The notes beneath the pieces were generated by a model that was not told the origin of the DNA, searched no databases, and was given only the letters and a program-made list of their open reading frames with translations. A DNA stretch of 63,994 bases, filler included, from Reticulomyxa filosa (taxonomy: Eukaryota > Protista > Foraminifera), in assembly GCA_000512085.1 (NCBI GenBank). It is 16 parts of 16 records of this genome, joined end to end, with 100 filler letters (N's around TTAATTAATTAA, not from the genome) between each part and the next. Parts side by side here need not be neighbours in the genome. Positions count along the whole stretch, not along the records: positions 29,715 to 60,721 come from ASPP01023392.1; positions 60,822 to 61,927 come from ASPP01003530.1; positions 62,028 to 63,994 come from ASPP01006633.1; 13 more parts are not named here. One strand, written 5' to 3'. This document shows positions 50,811-62,068 of this stretch, one piece after another (within the stretch, counting starts at the first letter, position 1; each line of letters starts with the position of its first letter). The translations under genes were made by a program, and so were the position numbers.

Positions 50811-51142
50811 TGTTTTTTTTCCCCCAAAAAATAGTTGCCTTTTCTTATTTTACACAACTGATGCAATGCAAAAGAGCTTTATCACAATCTCCAGCGACAT
50901 TGTGAAAGGCAGATTACTTTGACAATTCAATGGCCTTGGAATATAACGCAAATAATTAGAAAATTAGTGGACTGTGGAATAAATGAATCATACATAGTTT
51001 TATTTCAATTTGCGGTGTTATTACAAAACTTGAGGAATAAAATAATGCTATTTAGAAAGAAGTAGTTTGAGGTCACGGTTGGTCAAAAAAAAAGAACGCA
51101 TTCCCCCCAACTGTTTTCTGAGCGCAATAACGTCTTCCAAAT

Positions 51143-54100
51143 ATGACCGAAGGCGTAGATGTGGACAAATTTTTGGAAGAGAACGACTTATTAGACTTGA
51201 AAGAGTCATTTGTCGAAAAACAAGTTTCATTAGAAGAATTAGCCGACTTCACTAACTCAGAACTTACCGCGTTTGCCCGGGACCTACGTTGAGCTTTTTT
51301 TTTTTTTGTAATCAAAGTACAGGAAAGGAGTTGAGACAGGGAGAAAAAAAAGAGGGAATTTCAAAAAGTTGCAACGTGTATGTATGTTTGTAACAATATA
51401 CAAAAAAAAAAATGACCAAACGACAAAAAAAACAGAACTCGATGATGTACGAACAGCTGCATTTATCGCAGCCATTCGAAAGATAAAAGGGTCGAAGTCG
51501 ACATCAACGTCGGCAATCGGCGAGCCGAATGTGTCATCGTCGGCACCAAGGGCAAAGAAGAGTGGTGTGGTGAGTGGGAATGCAGACTTGGTGCATTTGA
51601 TAATATCTCCTCAAGAGCATGAGGCAATAACGAAATTGCACGAGCGATTCGACCAAACGAGCTCATTAGTTAAGCAGTTGGAGCAATCATTTGACACATT
51701 AAAGAAAAATGGTGAGTCGTGTCAACAAGACATTACCTCACGCATGGAACTAGTGTATAAGCAAGTCCAAGAGTGGCAAGCCAAGTTGTACGAAGCTGTC
51801 GACGCGATGAAAAACCAAAAAATCGAAAGACTGCAGCAACAGTTGGATCAATTGAAAACCTATCGAGCTGAAGTCAACCAGGTTTTTACACGGACGCCAA
51901 TATTCATTAGGGGGGGGGGGCATGTTACAAATGTTTTTTTTTTTAAAAAGGGTGTTTTTTTTTATAAAAAAAAAAAAGGGGAAGAACAAGTATCAAGAAT
52001 TGATAGATGATCCATCATTGGACGTGCAGTCTCGCAAAAAGCAGGTTGTGGAAATGGTGGACAAAATACTGGGAAGGTCAGAAATCCCGCTGCTGATGGT
52101 GACCCAGCCCAAAGTAGAGTTTGGCTGGAGCGAGCAATATTTGAACACTTTGTTGTCACACATTGTGATCAATGACTGCGATCAGCCTTTCCCTCCGTAC
52201 GTTATCATCTCTGTGGTTCGATCCAGTTCGGTTGTAGTTGCGTCTTTTTTTTTTTTTTTTTAAAAAAAAAAGGAAATGCAATTCAAGTTCAATGTCGAAC
52301 TTTTATCGATTGCACTAACCAATCGTGTGATTGCTAGATGTAACGTTGTAAATGGGTTTGTGACACACTTTGTATGTATATGTGTATGCGGTGGATCTAG
52401 CTGCAAGTGTCAGTGGTCGCAGGAGAGTCTGGACGTGAGGTATTGGAATTTGCGGTGGAATACGCAGTGCTGCCAAGCGATGAAGCGAATGCAAATTCAA
52501 AGTCGAAGTCGAGCAGAGCAATCGATGATGGCTCTTCCTTTCGCAATCCTTCGGTCGGCTCCGAAGCGTTGCCACGATCTGGACCAAGTCGGTTGTTAGT
52601 CGCATCGAGTAGTCAGGCCAATGTGTCGGGCAAATCCAAAGGCAAGAGCAAAAAGAAAAAAGACGACGACTCTTCTTCGGAAGAGTCCAAGTCGGACAAG
52701 TCCTCGGAAGAAGACAATGACGAGGACAACAGCAGCGAAAGCAGCAGCGAAGAGGAAAGCGACGAAAGCGGCAGCGACAAAGACAGCGACAAGTCGAGTG
52801 ACAAATCGAGCGGAGACTCGGATGCTTCTGACAGCAGTACGGGGAAAAAAAAAAAAGCAAGAAAAAAAAGAGTGAAAAAGAGAGCGACCGACCTTCTCGA
52901 CGAGTCAACCCTTCACAAGTCGATGTGTTCAATGAAAAGCCTCGTGCAAGAAGTAAAAGCAACAGTGCAAGCTTGAGCGGTGGTCTTGCTGCTGAAGTTT
53001 TGTTTTGTGTATATACATATACATATATATATATGTATATGTATATGTATATATTTTGACTTTGCTTTTTTATAGTAGAATCATATGCTATATACTATGT
53101 ATAAGGACATTGGTAGATACTTTAAAAAAAAAAATAATGATAATACATAAGGTTTCACCTCCTCATGACGACACAGCGGCAAATGAAAATGAAAGTGATG
53201 ACGAAAAATTGGGTGACGAAGTAGAAGGCCCAACCGCAGGAAAGAATGAGGCGGAAAAGGGAAATGCAGAAGAAGAGAAGGACAAAGACAAGAAAGGGTC
53301 CCAGGCAGAATTGGAAGCAGACCCAATTAGTTTGAAATATGGACACTTAGACTTGTATTGGGAAAATGGTGGATCATTGGAGTTGTCTAGCAAAGAGGGA
53401 AAACGGGCATTGCTGAAACCCAGTGAAATCGACAAATCGAATGAAAAAGCTGTGGCGAAGATCCCGCCCAACGCTCTTACCTATGAGTTTGTGTTGAAAG
53501 GAATGAAAGATGATCGAAGTTATTTGGTACGATCCCGAGCTCGAAATAAATCGGGCTGGGGAGAATACAGTCCACCCATCGAAATATTGACAGAAAAAAT
53601 GGAAATCGACAGCAAGATTTTAAAAGCAGGAGAAAAGGAAATATTAATGGGCTGGCTGCCAAAAAAATATCAAGGAAGAAAATTAAAACTTCTTTTCAGA
53701 GCAAGCAAAAAAGGATTTGCTAGTACTGCTTTCCATGCCAAGTGTGACAACAAAGGTTTGTATTTGTATTTGTGTTGTGTGTATATGAGAGAGAGAGAGA
53801 AAAAACGTTTTTTTTTAAAAAAAAAGGATACATTAGCATAGAAAACTCATTTCAAATAACAAAAACATTGGAATATATTGCATTTCTTTACAATGTATAC
53901 AGGCCCAACGATAGCTGTGATAAAGGCAAAAAGTGGCAATGTTTTTGGTGGATTTACTACTGTCCCTTGGGGAATGAGCAATACTTATCGCTTTGATAAA
54001 TACGCTTTTATCTTCATGCTGCGTAAAAAAGAAAGCAAAAAAAAGAAAAAAGATAAACCTTCCAAAAAAAAGAAAAGAGATAATGAACCTCCGGTGAAAT

Positions 54101-54446
54101 GGAAAGTCACAAACACTGCCAACGCAGTTTATCATGGAAGCACTTATGGGCCAACCTTTGGTATGTATCATATTTACACAGAATTCAATTACAAACAACA
54201 TTACCATATTGTGTACACTGTATTTCGTCCTCTCTTTGAGAAAAAAAGTCAATAATGTGTATGTGTATTTTTTTTTTATTTAAAGGCGGTGGATTTGACT
54301 TTTATCTGTGCAGCAATTGTGACACAACTGGAAGCAGCTATGCTAATGCAGGAAACTCATATGCTTGTCCCCGTGACCAAAATCTTTTGGCTGGAACTTA
54401 TAACTTCTTAGTTTCTGAATATGAAGTTTACGAACTCAAAAAATAA
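51143..54446 (+). CDS. SAM-like / coiled-coil / split FN3 / TLDc domain protein, multi-exon
   Basis: N-terminal VDKFLEENDL..LKESF..V.LEEL (SAM-like); YLVRSRARNKSGWGEYS (FN3); LLFRASKKGFASTAFHAKCDNKGPT, GNVFGGFT, YGPTFG|GGFD and YEVY (TLDc). Confidence 0.85.
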
Positions 54447-54834
54447 AAAACTTATTATTGGGGGAAACAGCTTTAAAAAACAAAAAAAATACATATTTGT
54501 TGTTTAAATGAAACACTTGCTGTACATTGTGATATTCCTTTGGATTTTTTGTTATTGCTGCTTTGAACAGCGTAAAGCGTTTCAGACACAAACATTAATT
54601 TCTTGTCTACTCCTTGAAAAATCAGCATTTTACACAAAAATATTATACTTTATAATTTTCTATTTTTTAAAATCCAAAAAAAAAAGTGATTTGAGTAAAT
54701 ATTTCAAAATGGAAAGTTTGGTGCGTGCAAAAATAGTGACATAAGTTGCAGAGATTTTGTGATGTGTTTTTTAAAAATAACAAAAAAAAGGGGCAAAAAA
54801 AAGAGGGAAAAAAAAGGAAAAAAGAATTATCGAT

Positions 54835-55919
54835 ATGTTTTCAAAAAATTCTAGCTTGCTCCAACCAGTTTTCTCGAGTTTTCGTTGTTTTTCAACACGT
54901 GCACGACCGCCAACAAAAACAGCGACGAAAACAAATGAGTTGAGAAAAACCACGCAATTGAAGAGAATGCTGGAAAGCCCGCAGCTGGAATATATAATGG
55001 AGGCCCACAGTGGACTGAGTGCAAAAATAGTGGAAAATGCAGGCTTCAAAGGTATTTGGGCAAGTGGATTGTCTCTGTCAGCGAAGCTGGGTGTGCGTGA
55101 CAACAATGAGGCCAGTTGGACACAAGTATTGGAAATGTTAGAATTTATGAGCGACGCCAGCAGCATTCCAATTTTGTTGGATGGCGACACGGGCTACGGT
55201 AACTTCAACAATGCGCGCAGATTGGTGCGCAAACTGGAGCAGCGCAATATCGCAGGCGTGTGTCTCGAGGATAAACTGTTTCCGAAAACAAACTCGTTTA
55301 TCGAAAAAGAGGGCGGGCAGCCGTTGGCAGATCCAATGGAGTTTGCATTGAAGCTGAAGGCGTGCAAAGAAACACAATCTGACCCTGATTTTGTGGTAAG
55401 TTAGTTATTTATTAAAAAAAAAAAAAAAAAAGAACTAAACACATGTATTTGTGCGGTGGGTGTGATGTGCACATTACAAAGGTCGTTGCTCGGTGTGAAG
55501 CCTTCATTGCAGGATGGGGCTTAGACGAAATGCTCCAACGAGCCAAGTTGTATGCCGATCACGGTGCGGACGCAATTTTGGTTCATAGCAAACGATCCGA
55601 CGATGCTGAGATTGAAGCCTTTATGAAAAAATGGGACGGCAGAAAACCCGTGGTCATTGTGCCCACCAAATACTACAAAACGCCGACCAAGAAATTTCAA
55701 GATATGGGCGTCTCTTTGGTCATTTGGGCAAATCACAATCTCAGGGCCAGCATTAAGGCCATGCAACATGTGTCCAAACGCATTTACGAAGAACAGTCCC
55801 TGCTGGGAGTCGAAACGGACAAACTGTTGGTCTCCGTTAATGATGTATTTAATTTGACTGGTGAACCTGAACTGGAAGAGGCAGAAAAAAGATATCTGCC
55901 TACTCAGAAATTAAAATAA
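54835..55919 (+). CDS. pepM: Phosphoenolpyruvate mutase; intron 55396..55481
   Basis: [44 protein letters not shown], the diagnostic [10 protein letters not shown] (EDKx5NS), [26 protein letters not shown] and [10 protein letters not shown]. Confidence 0.96.
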
Positions 55920-56342
55920 ACTTTTTTTCTTCCTCCTCTTTTTGTTATTTATTTTTTGTTTTGTTTGCCTTTGTTTGCTTTGTTCATTAAATTCCTCACA
56001 AGTGCAAGGGCTTATTTTTCTCTCTGCTTACTTTCAAAATATTACGTACTTTTCTTATACTCTCACATCTGAAATATTCCGATCATTAAAAATCGCACCA
56101 TTTCGATTTTTGAGTTTCACACAATTTTTACACAGCGACTTTCTTCCAACATTCTTTTGGAACAATCAAAGCAAAGTCGTCGTATACACAATTTGGAAAA
56201 AAATTTTTATGTTCGATTTCTGTGTAAAATTTCTAGAAATTTTAGGGACGGTGATGACGAAAAGTCGTCTTTTGTTCTAAATTTCCTTCGGGTTGTTCCT
56301 TGGAGCTGAACCAAAAAGAAGTTCAATCTCAAAAAAATAAAA

Positions 56343-58079
56343 ATGTTTTTTGTGAAAAAGCTGTTAAGTGAGTTAGCGAAAATTTTCCTCTCCCAACATC
56401 GTCAACGCCTAACAGTAGTAGTGCTATTAGTAGCAGGTGGCGTGTTGTTAAATCATTGGAAAAAAATTAAAAAGAAAGCAGGAAAAAACTGGGGCCGAGT
56501 GAAAGAAGCATGGAACTATATGAAATTAAAACAGATGGTGTTGAACCCAAAAAATGAGATCAAAGTGCCATGTATGATAGTTGATTTGGACATATTTGAT
56601 GAGAATATCCAAAGTTTGTGTGGCATTGCAAACAAATATGGGAAGAGTTTGCGTTTGGCAAGTTGAGACCCAAAAAAAAGTGAAATGAGCAAGCAAACAA
56701 ACAAATAAACAAAAAATATTAACAAACAAAACAGCAAAATCAATTCGTTGTCCTTATTTGATAAAACGTGCATATGACAAAAGCAATGGAGTATGTCAAG
56801 GTCTAATGTGTTACAGTGTGTTTGAAGCCAAGCTACTATACGAAATGTACGGTGACGCGTTTGATAAGAATTATTTAATTGCATATCCAACATTACAAAA
56901 ACAAGACATCGAATGTGCATTTGAACTGACTCAAAAAGATGTGTGTATAATATTAATGATTGACAGTGGCGAGCATATTCAAAAGATTGAAAGTGTGTGT
57001 CAAGAGTACATAGACAGCACTGAAAACAAACACGAAGCAAGCCAATCCAAACTCAATCCAATTCGTTTGTGTTTGGACTTGGATATGAGTTATCAAGTAT
57101 TGGGAGGACTCTTTTCAATCGGCGCACACCGAAGTCGCACGCGTGATTCAAAGGACATTTTTGCAATGGCAAGTTCTTTGGACAAATGCAAGCACGTGCA
57201 ATTGATTGGAGTGATGGGATATGAAGCCCATATTGCCGGTGTTACCGACAACAATCCTTTCTTTCATATCCCCAGTTGCATTGTGCAGGCACTCAAGCTT
57301 ATTTTTTGGCAACAGTGTCGCGATAAAAGACAAAAGTTGATTGAAACACTCCAATCCGTGTATAGCAATTACCCATTTGACTCAGCCGCAAAAACGCAAC
57401 ATTCTCATCATGGTCATGATCATCACCATCATGATCATGCTTTTCCTAAGATTGATTTGAAATTTGTCAATGGTGGCGGCACTGGTTTGATTTTTTTAAA
57501 AAAAAATTATTTTTATGTTATCTGTGTATATATGTATATGTATACGTATGTATGTGTGAACTTTTTAATATTAGGCAATTTGGAAATGTCTTGCAAAGAT
57601 GTTTATGTCACTGAAGTAACTGCAGGGAGTGGGCTAATACAATCACAGATTTTTGATTACTTTGTTTCCAATAACTGCTTGCCTGCTGCTTGCTTTGCTT
57701 TGCAGGTCACTCGGATCCATTCTCCCACCTTCTTGCTTGACCGTGGCTTCATTTGCTGTCAGAGCGGTGGGTTTATTGCCAGTGGAAACATCTCTTTGGA
57801 TAAACAACCCGTTGTTTTTTACCTGATGATCAAATGCTGACGCCTTTTCCTGATGAAGGCTTTGGTGAAGTTCAGACGCCTTTGTCTTGCAAAAACCCAT
57901 TGTTTTTTGATCTTGGTGATCCTATTTTTGTTCGATCTGCGAAGGCGGGCGAAATAGCAGAACATTTCACTCATTACATTTTGAAGCACAACAGTGCTGA
58001 ATTGTTTTTGGTCGATCAAAATGACCTACAATCATTTCGAGTTCCCACCTATCGCGGTTTAGGACATGTCTTTTATTGA
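56343..58079 (+). CDS. Fold-type III PLP enzyme (D-serine dehydratase / D-threonine aldolase-like deaminase/aldolase family); introns 56662..56734 and 57485..57574; homopolymer frameshift near 57815
   Basis: PCMIVDLDIFDEN, spliced RLATKSIRC (PLP lysine), GVMGYEAHIAGVTD, FVNGGGTG, EVTAGSGL, GGFIASG, EGFGEVQTPL, RSAKAGE and VPTYRGLG. Confidence 0.9.
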
Positions 58080-58498
58080 CTAGTTTTTTTTTAGTGAACT
58101 ACGGACCACTTTTGGACTGAATTTTAATACTTCAACTTACAATTTTGACTTGACAAGCAAGATGTAGCAAGAAAAGTACGTCGGTTTATAATTATTGTAC
58201 CATATTTAAAAAGATTTCAAATTTGTCCAGAGCTTTTGAAGTGGTCTGCAGTTGAATGAGGACGGTGATAAAAAAAGTTAAGTTTTTGAATAGTTATAAG
58301 GAGAATTCAATGAAAGAAACAAAAACTTTGTTGACTTCAAAATGATCTGAAGCTCAAGAAAACCACACTTAAGAAACGACTTCTCTGTGTGAAAACAAAA
58401 CAACTGCTTTTTTTTTTAAAAAAAACCGTTAAAAGCAATGCCATAATGAGAATGGCTCTTGATCCTTGCGACAAGAATCTTTTTTTCCTTTTGTTTTA

Positions 58499-60682
58499 CT
58501 AATTCAGTAATTCTGCCAATACATCATTGACATCTCCCTTTTTGTCAATAAGTAATCTTTTGATGAGTTCAATATCAGTAAAACCCATACCTGCGATATT
58601 GCGGCCCTCACTTGCATATTTAAACGTGCCCCAAACATCGTTGACCACCGGTACTGGTTTCTCTTCTTTGGGCTTTTCTTCCTGTTTAGGTTGCGCAACA
58701 TCTTTCTTGTCGTTATGTGGCTGCTCAATCGATTGTTTTTCTTGAGCACAGATCAGACACAAATCATATCCATTGGGATGAACTTCTGACAAGTTTGAAA
58801 CACAATGGAAAATGGGGTCATTGGACAAGCAATCCACTCCGCACGAGTCACAGTTGACCTCAACATTCTCACAATACGCAATCATTGGACTTGTTTCGAC
58901 CATTGGCACACCACAAATGCAGACGCAATTTTGTTCGTTTTTGTTTTTGCCTTCGTGTTCATGTTCCTGTTTGGGCTCTTTTTCATCCGTGTTTTCATTG
59001 GCATGTTGCTTATCATTTTGGTTTTCCTTTTCCTTTTGTTGTTCGTCTTTATTTTGGTCTTGAATTTCATTTTTATTTTCATTTTCATGTTTATTTTCCT
59101 TTTTGTTTTGGTTTTCGTTTTGATTTTCGTTTTGGCCTTCATTACTATTTTCTTTTTCCTTCGGTTCGACAATAGGTACGTCCGTTTCCTCAACAGCGTT
59201 TACCTCTGCGCACAATAGCGGCCCAAAACTTTCTCCATTCTTTTGTAAGCGAAAGTAGGTGGAAAAGTATCCGGTGACAGGAGCTTGAAGGACGACAGAG
59301 ACCGTGGTAATTTCTCCAGGTTTGGTATTTGCGACTGCGTATCGTTGTTCTAACGCCAAGCTTGAGTTCCCTCGCACAAATGCTAATGTCACGTCATCCC
59401 CCCATTCGTCTTCTCCATTGTTTTTTAGAGTCCATTTCTTTTGGACGATCGTTTTCGCAAATGTAAATATCGGTTCGTCATGTTTGTCCTTTATCCACGA
59501 TGCATTCAAACGTGTAGAGTTGCCCGACGCGTTGTTGTTTTGAGAGCATTCAAAAGACTGATCATGGCCATGACCATGACCATGACCATGACCACGACCA
59601 CGACCACGACCACGACCGTGGCCAAAGCCATGCCAAGGATTGCGTTGGCCTGGACAGCATCCCGACGGGCCTGCAAAGTCAGGTCCGGGTCTTTTTCTTC
59701 TATGATAAGAAGTTTCCATTTTCATGAAAGTGTGTTCTGGGTCGTGGCTTTTCAGTTCTTCGCATTTGGAGCACAAGTCGAAATTTGGACAGATCAGGCA
59801 TTTAAAGCGAGCGCCGGTGATGGGCGAAGTTCCACATTCATCACAAGACACTCCATAATGAACTGCAGGACCTTCGCTTTGTGGCTGTCCAATTTCATTG
59901 GGTAGGTATATACACATATATGTATACATATGCATACATAAATACGTAGGCCCTAAAAAAAAAAAAAAGGTATAGCCAATTTTACCAGAAGGAAGTCGAA
60001 GTTACTCGTGGAAAAAAATCTCATTGGATTCCAAATTTGTTCCGTCGCTTGCTCGGTTTTTTGGGAAGTCAAGGACGATGTTATTGCATTTAATATGGTG
60101 GACACCACGGACAAGATATTTTCCTCCTCTGTGTATCAACACATACAAAAAAAAAAAAGTCAAACAAAAATCATTGACAAAAGAAAATTAACTACTATTT
60201 TTTTTTTTTTTTGAACTACTTGAAAAAAAAAAACTCAACTCATCATCAACAACAAAGGCGAATAAGGTGAAAGTCTTTCCAGCCAAGATGGTAACACTGG
60301 CTTGATTTTTTGGAAAAATTCGTGGGTAACAATTGGGGCGTACTTTTCGTCACTTATCACTGATTCCAACAGTTCTGCCAAAGTCACTTGGCTGTCCGTA
60401 TTTGCGCGCATTGCTGTTACCATCTCTCGCGCCAATTCTGGAATCAGTCGTCTCACATCTTCGTTCAACAAGAAATCCAATGCTGGTTTGCAACTAATTT
60501 AATTAATTTAATTTAATTTTTTTTTATTTTTTTTTTTTTTATTTTTTATTTTTTTTATTAGTTAAAAAAAAAAAAAATTTACTTCTTTTCGTTAGTCTCT
60601 GATTTTTGACTTTGCGGTTGAGATTTTTTACTCTCACTTTCTTTTTCTTTCTCATTGATTGAGTCTTGCTCATGACCTCGCT

Positions 60683-60685
<3 letters not shown>
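58499..60685 (-). CDS. p62/NBR1-like selective autophagy receptor (ZZ finger, NBR1 FW/Ig-like domain, second Cys-rich finger, UBA); 5' truncated
   Basis: VHYGVSCDECGTSPITGARFKCLICPNFDLCSKCE (ZZ), KKWTLKNNGEDEW...YFRLQKNGESFG (FW domain) and MGFTDIELIKRLLIDKKGDV (UBA). Confidence 0.85.
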
Positions 60686-60721
<36 letters not shown>

Positions 60722-60821
60722 NNNNNNNNNNNNNNNNNNNNNNNNNNNNNNNNNNNNNNNNNNNNTTAATTAATTAANNNNNNNNNNNNNNNNNNNNNNN
60801 NNNNNNNNNNNNNNNNNNNNN

Positions 60822-61476
60822 TATTGCTTTCCAACGTCTTGGGGGGAATATGCATTTGTTTTTGACTGACATGTTTAGTCCATCGAACGAAAAGTGTTGG
60901 ATACTCGTTCGAGTTTTTCAAGGCGATATCAACTACAACAGTGCATTTTGATGCAATCATAATTGTATGTCTTGCAAATGCCAGATTAATTTCTTCAAAT
61001 AATTGCCTCGTCTCGTCTGCGAATGCAGCCAATAAAGTAAAATCATTGCTTGCAATATTGGTAGCTACATTGCGCAATTGCAATGATAGTTTCTCGTTGG
61101 AAACTAATTCGTTTTGTTTTTTTATTAGATTTTCATAGTGAAATGTAACGCAGTTAATTACCCGGTTGTGCGACATTTGTATTGCATCTATCGCATCTTT
61201 GTGTTTTTGTTCTATTGCGTCCATTTTGCTTTCTGTTTCGTAATTCACGCTAGTTTCATTACTCATTTTCGAAAGGAGATTCAGTGGTTTTATGTTGTGA
61301 TACCGTTTTTCTGGTATTACCAAACCGGGTTTCTTAAAGCGTCCCAGGTTTTTCACTTGTCGGGATTCCCACTTGCCGTGTACTCGAAAGCCATTGTCTT
61401 GTGGATCATCAACAAAAGTATTACGTTTATTTTGAGTTACTGCGGGTGTTTGTACTGGTTTTCGATACATCTCCAA
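60822..61476 (-). CDS. Hypothetical coiled-coil protein, truncated
   Basis: ORF of about 218 aa open to the spacer. Confidence 0.45.
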
Positions 61477-62027
61477 GTTTTAATCACAACTAAAAAAACT
61501 CTAAAAAAAAAAATTTGTAAAAACTCTAAGAAAAAAACTTTTAAAATTTCTAAAGTGTCTATTTTGTTTTTATTTAAAAATTTTTGGTTTGTGGATAAAT
61601 TTTGATAAGAAAGAACTTTAAAAATTATTGGAAAAAAAAAGGAGAAAAGTTTTGTGTTGGGCCCTATAGATAAAACTTTGCATGGAGCAAATGCCACAAC
61701 AATTAGTACAAACTGTGGATAAACCGCAAAATAGTGACGTTAAGTATGCATAATCAAATACTAAACTATGGACAACAATGAATGTTCTACAACAGGACAA
61801 CAAACGCGAAGATGGCGACGTCAATGACGACGATATCAAAGATGACGATGATATCAATGATGACGACGACGATGATGACTATGCCAATGATGACGATGAC
61901 AATAATGGCAAAGAAGAGAAAACAAATNNNNNNNNNNNNNNNNNNNNNNNNNNNNNNNNNNNNNNNNNNNNTTAATTAATTAANNNNNNNNNNNNNNNNN
62001 NNNNNNNNNNNNNNNNNNNNNNNNNNN

Positions 62028-62068
<41 letters not shown>

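Noticed and set aside
54835-55919. Isocitrate lyase / methylisocitrate lyase assignment, or bacterial contamination
   Set aside because: EDKx5NS is present and KKCGH/KRCGH is absent. A GT-AG intron and eukaryotic neighbours on the same contig argue against contamination.
2300-62027. Regularly recurring TTAATTAATTAA as a biological repeat or CRISPR-like array
   Set aside because: It is always embedded in identical N padding, so it is an assembly spacer. Gene neighbourhoods across it (e.g. Piwi next to transposons) are meaningless.
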